Of a stretch of DNA of 64,000 nucleotides, positions 59,355 to 64,000 are shown piece by piece (position 1 is the first letter of the stretch; each line of letters opens with the position of its first letter). The translations under genes were made by a program, and so were the position numbers. The notes below the pieces were generated by a model, which was not told where the DNA came from, ran no database searches, and saw only the letters and a list, made by a program, of their open reading frames with translations. The stretch is from the human T2T-CHM13v2.0 reference genome, Homo sapiens. The stretch is from assembly GCF_009914755.1 (NCBI RefSeq), contig NC_060926.1. The stretch is one strand, 5' to 3'.

Positions 59355-59605
59355 GCAAGGGCTCTGTCTCAGACTCTTAAGGTCCAAGCCTCTGCTCTCC
59401 CATTTACCACAATGGAATCTTGAACATGTTACTTACACCTCCTATGTCTCAGCTTTTTTGATCTGTAAAATCTGTAAAATGAAGACAGTAATACAACCAC
59501 AGAGAGTGGTTTGTGATGAATGTATGAGATAATTTGTGCAAAACTCTTGAATCTGTTGGGCACAGAGTAAATATTTGAGGAATGTTAACTGTTATTATTA
59601 TTATT
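59355..59605 (+). mobile_element. MIR
   Basis: atcttgaacatgttacttacacctcctatgtctcag...ctgtaaaatg...gtgatgaatgtatgagataat. Confidence 0.8.
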
Positions 59606-61544
59606 ACTTTTATTGGCCAGGGAAACATTTTGGAAGGAGATGAATGCTTGATCTGAATCCTAAAAGAATGCAGAAAGAAGATGAAAGGAGTCTCTTTGTA
59701 AAGTGCATTGCTAGTCAGTCCAATGTTTAAAAGCCACCAACATTTCAAATGGGAAATACTTTTATGCATGTTTCAAAGATGAGGCAACAGACTCAAAGAA
59801 GTTAAACTTTCCCAGAAAACCAATCTAGCAAAAAGTACAAATGGAAATCAAAGGTAAAAGTTTTGATGCCACTTTTGCATCTATAACTCTAAATAGGGCT
59901 GCCTGCTCCCTCCATTTCCTGTTACCTACTAACAATAAGCTGTGCCTTGCCGGGACTATTAAATCAGTGCACCTGCAAAAGCAGACGCTGAGCTTTTCTC
60001 TGCCCACTCAACTAAAATGCCTCGATTTGTTTTGAATGCACACTCTTTACAACTGGTAATGGAGGAGCAAGTAAAATGAACTCAACTCAATTTTATTTTA
60101 AATAAATGCTACAGTGAGTTTAGTTAGGAGGAAGAAACTTGTCTTTTAACCAGAATAGCTAGAGCATTTTAATCCAAAAGTCATTTTGAGAACACTGCCA
60201 GGTTCCTAAATAGCTAAGCCAGAATAAAGTCACTTCCCTTAATATGTGTTTAGGGAATGCAAGAAAAAAAATGAAAATTTCTACCCGATAAAATGCTGCT
60301 TGAATTATTGATGGTCTGACACTCTTATATGGGTTTTCATTCTTAGTGCGGAATCACATGCAAATTTGGTAATATTAAAAATCACTTCTCATTTTAGAAA
60401 AGGGGTAGAAATTGAGATTCTGAGTTTATGATAATTGAATTCTAAATACTCCATGATTTTTCCTTCATTATCTTAAGGTTTCACATTAATATCCTACAGC
60501 TACCTGTAGAGTCTCAATGTAACAACCCACAAGCTGGATCTCAAGCCTATTCTATTCATGCCTCAATCATAAAACACGCCTATCTACTGTGCCATCCCAG
60601 AAAAATATTTCCTTTTGAAAAATCCAACTGGTTACTGTCCATTATTTGTGTACTACTAGCCTCTGGCCATGCACTTGAGCTAGGAAAGACCCCACTGCTT
60701 CTCTGGGGAGGCCTTCACTTGAGACTAATTTTCACTTCTGTATATTCTTGCACTATTTTTATTACCTGGAAATATATTCTGAGAATGCCTGGAGGAATAC
60801 TAAGTTCCATGACAAATTATTCCCATTCATAACAAGGGAGCGTAATTACTTGTTCATATGTCCACATTTATAATTGGGTTTCATAACAGAACACAAATAT
60901 TATTTCACAAAAATCTATCTGCATTATATTTGTACAATTAGCAGAGGCTAAAAGAAACTTGATAATTTCTTAGTTTGGTGAATTGAAATATAAGCATATT
61001 AGTATCTTATTATCATCCGTTTTAACACTAATGGAAATTTAATAAAAAATAACTGCATAGACCCATCCCATAATACTTTTACTCAGCAAGTATATGCTCT
61101 TTCTCTAGGGATGTCTTTACATGGATAAATTACCAGTTACAGGGGAAATGTGCTACCAAAAATATTTTAGCTTTTAAATAATATTTTTTGAAAGAAAAAA
61201 AATTGAAACTTTCTTATTTTCCTCATATTTGGTATTGAGTCTACCATTATAAACAAATGTTGGATCAAAAGTGCTAGGGAGGAAGGTGGTAACGGTAATT
61301 GTAACTCATTATTTCTCAATAATGAAGTGAGATTTGGCCCCCAAAATAATAAAAAAATTAAAGCACAATTCCATAACTCAATTCACCTTTTTTTCCAAGA
61401 AATACTGTCCTACCAATTGTTCTTGCATCATGATCAAACAAAAGATTCCGAATATAAATTTGTATAAGTCAGGAAACTTCGACAGAGCTAAAAAACCATT
61501 CAAATGAGGTTTTTATTTATTTAATTTTAATTAGGACTTTATCT

Positions 61545-62260
<716 letters not shown>

Positions 62261-64000
62261 TGGGCCAAGCATTAATCAATGGCTGCTACCTTTCCAAAAC
62301 ATTCTGGAGAAAATTAAGAGTTTTCTGCATATTTGTAATGTATATGTATTCTAGGATTATAGTGTTAATAACTGAGGAAATTGGAACTCGGCGTTGTGAA
62401 TCCAGAGTACTTTCTAGGAGTTTGCTGTGGTGGTTGTTCAAATATCTCTGCATAGTTGATCTGTGTTTTGTTCCTTTCTCCAGCCAGATTTCTACTTCAA
62501 AAAACACAGAATTTTTGTGTCATCATGAATAGATCAGGAAGCTCCAAAGAACGCAACCTAAATTGTAATTTCTAGTTTCTACAATATCTTTCCTGTCTGT
62601 TCCTAACTTTCCATCTCTCCTGAGACTGCTCTGTTTTACACTCATTATAACTATTTCTCTAAACAATAGCAATAACTGCCTAACTGTTCTTACGCCTGTA
62701 AGAAATCTACTCTGCCATGACAATTAGCTTCCTAAATTAGCTTCACTGGGACAATTACATCATTTCATATTGCAGGAATTTCCCGAGACTTTGTGGTGGC
62801 TATAGAATGTACCTGTACCAATTTTGTATGGACCCAAATCTTCCCATTTCCGTTCCCACTACATCCCATATTGTAAATTTGAACTCAGTAGTGTCAACTA
62901 TGCCTTGGTTTTTCAGCTTTCATGTGATTGCGTATGCTATTCTGTCAGCCTAGACTACTCATATGTGTAGTTTATGTTGTAGTGGATTTCAATGTATTTA
63001 AAATATTTGAAAATTATAGTTCATATATATGTGCATGAGTGCATATGAACTACTCTCTAAAATGTAAAAATGCTAGGTACTTGCAATGCGTAGGCATTTA
63101 ATAATGGCCTTTAGTAAAGTCTGTTCTTCTCCAATACATGATTCAAATTAACTCATATTTAATTAGTATGGAAGGGGTTGATATCAATGTAACACAAAAG
63201 TCTAGTTGGTTCATTTATATTTTTTTATTACACTAACACTTTCATGCCATTCAAGTAAGAGCAATTGAATGCAAAGTTTACTAAGACAGCTGAACACATG
63301 TCATAGAGATATGGATTAAAGTACATGATGTTTATCTACCTCATTTCTTTATTTGTCTTGGCACAGTGTGGACATGTCCCCTTTCCTGTCTTGAAAGTGC
63401 TTTCTGCATGGTTCCCCTTAATCTATGAGCATTTTGCATTTTGTCCTTGTCTCTGTAACTTAGTAGCTTCAAACTTGCTTGTATCCTCTGGCATTGAGAA
63501 CATTAACTTTGATTTTAGTGGTGAAGTCCAATATATTACCTAGTAATTTGTTTTTCATTTGGCAGGTAACAGACTTTTTTTTTTTTTTTTAACCACGCTG
63601 GTATTGATATTATATTGTATTACTGGATGTTTTTCATAAAGATGTATTGGTTTGGGGCAGTTCATTCATAATCTTATTTTTCTAAAAAGTTACTTTTTAA
63701 TTTTTAGAAGTCAAAGTTATTCAATAATGAACATATCATTTTACAGTACTCAACTCAGCAATATTAAAGAGAAAAGTTAAATATATTAGGAAGGGGTTTC
63801 CTGTAATGCCTTCCTCTGCCGACATGAAGATGTTTGGCTTTACACTTACTACAGTGACTTTATGTTACCCCTTCATTTCTAACAAACAAGAAACTAATTT
63901 TGTTCCTGGTCTGTTTTGTCCTCACTTCATTTAGCATTCTTATGATTGCATTTCTAAATCTTTAATTTAGCAGTGACTTTCACATTATCGTCTATTTCTC

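Overview
AT-rich, repeat-dense primate genomic DNA. AluY and L1PA2-4 copies point to a hominoid or human-like genome. There is no CpG island and I recognise no protein-coding exon, so this is probably intergenic or a large intron. Nearly all long ORFs in the track are L1 ORF2 remnants, Alu read-throughs or microsatellite artefacts. The main landmark is a complete ~7.3 kb MER57-type ERV1 provirus (1649-8993). It has two LTRs, an AGAG target-site duplication (TSD), an 18-nt tRNA-Leu primer-binding site, a polypurine tract, decayed integrase and env-TM remnants, and an embedded tRNA-Glu-like Pol III cassette. Also present are 15 Alus, three young L1PA insertions (one 5'-inverted by twin priming), many old L1M/L2/MIR fragments, Tigger elements and MLT1 LTRs. 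A 116-bp local sequence has been copied into an old L1. I cannot support a new gene system. The best leads are the tRNA-like cassette in the ERV and the templated insertion. All repeat family names come from recalled consensus sequences and need RepeatMasker/Dfam confirmation.
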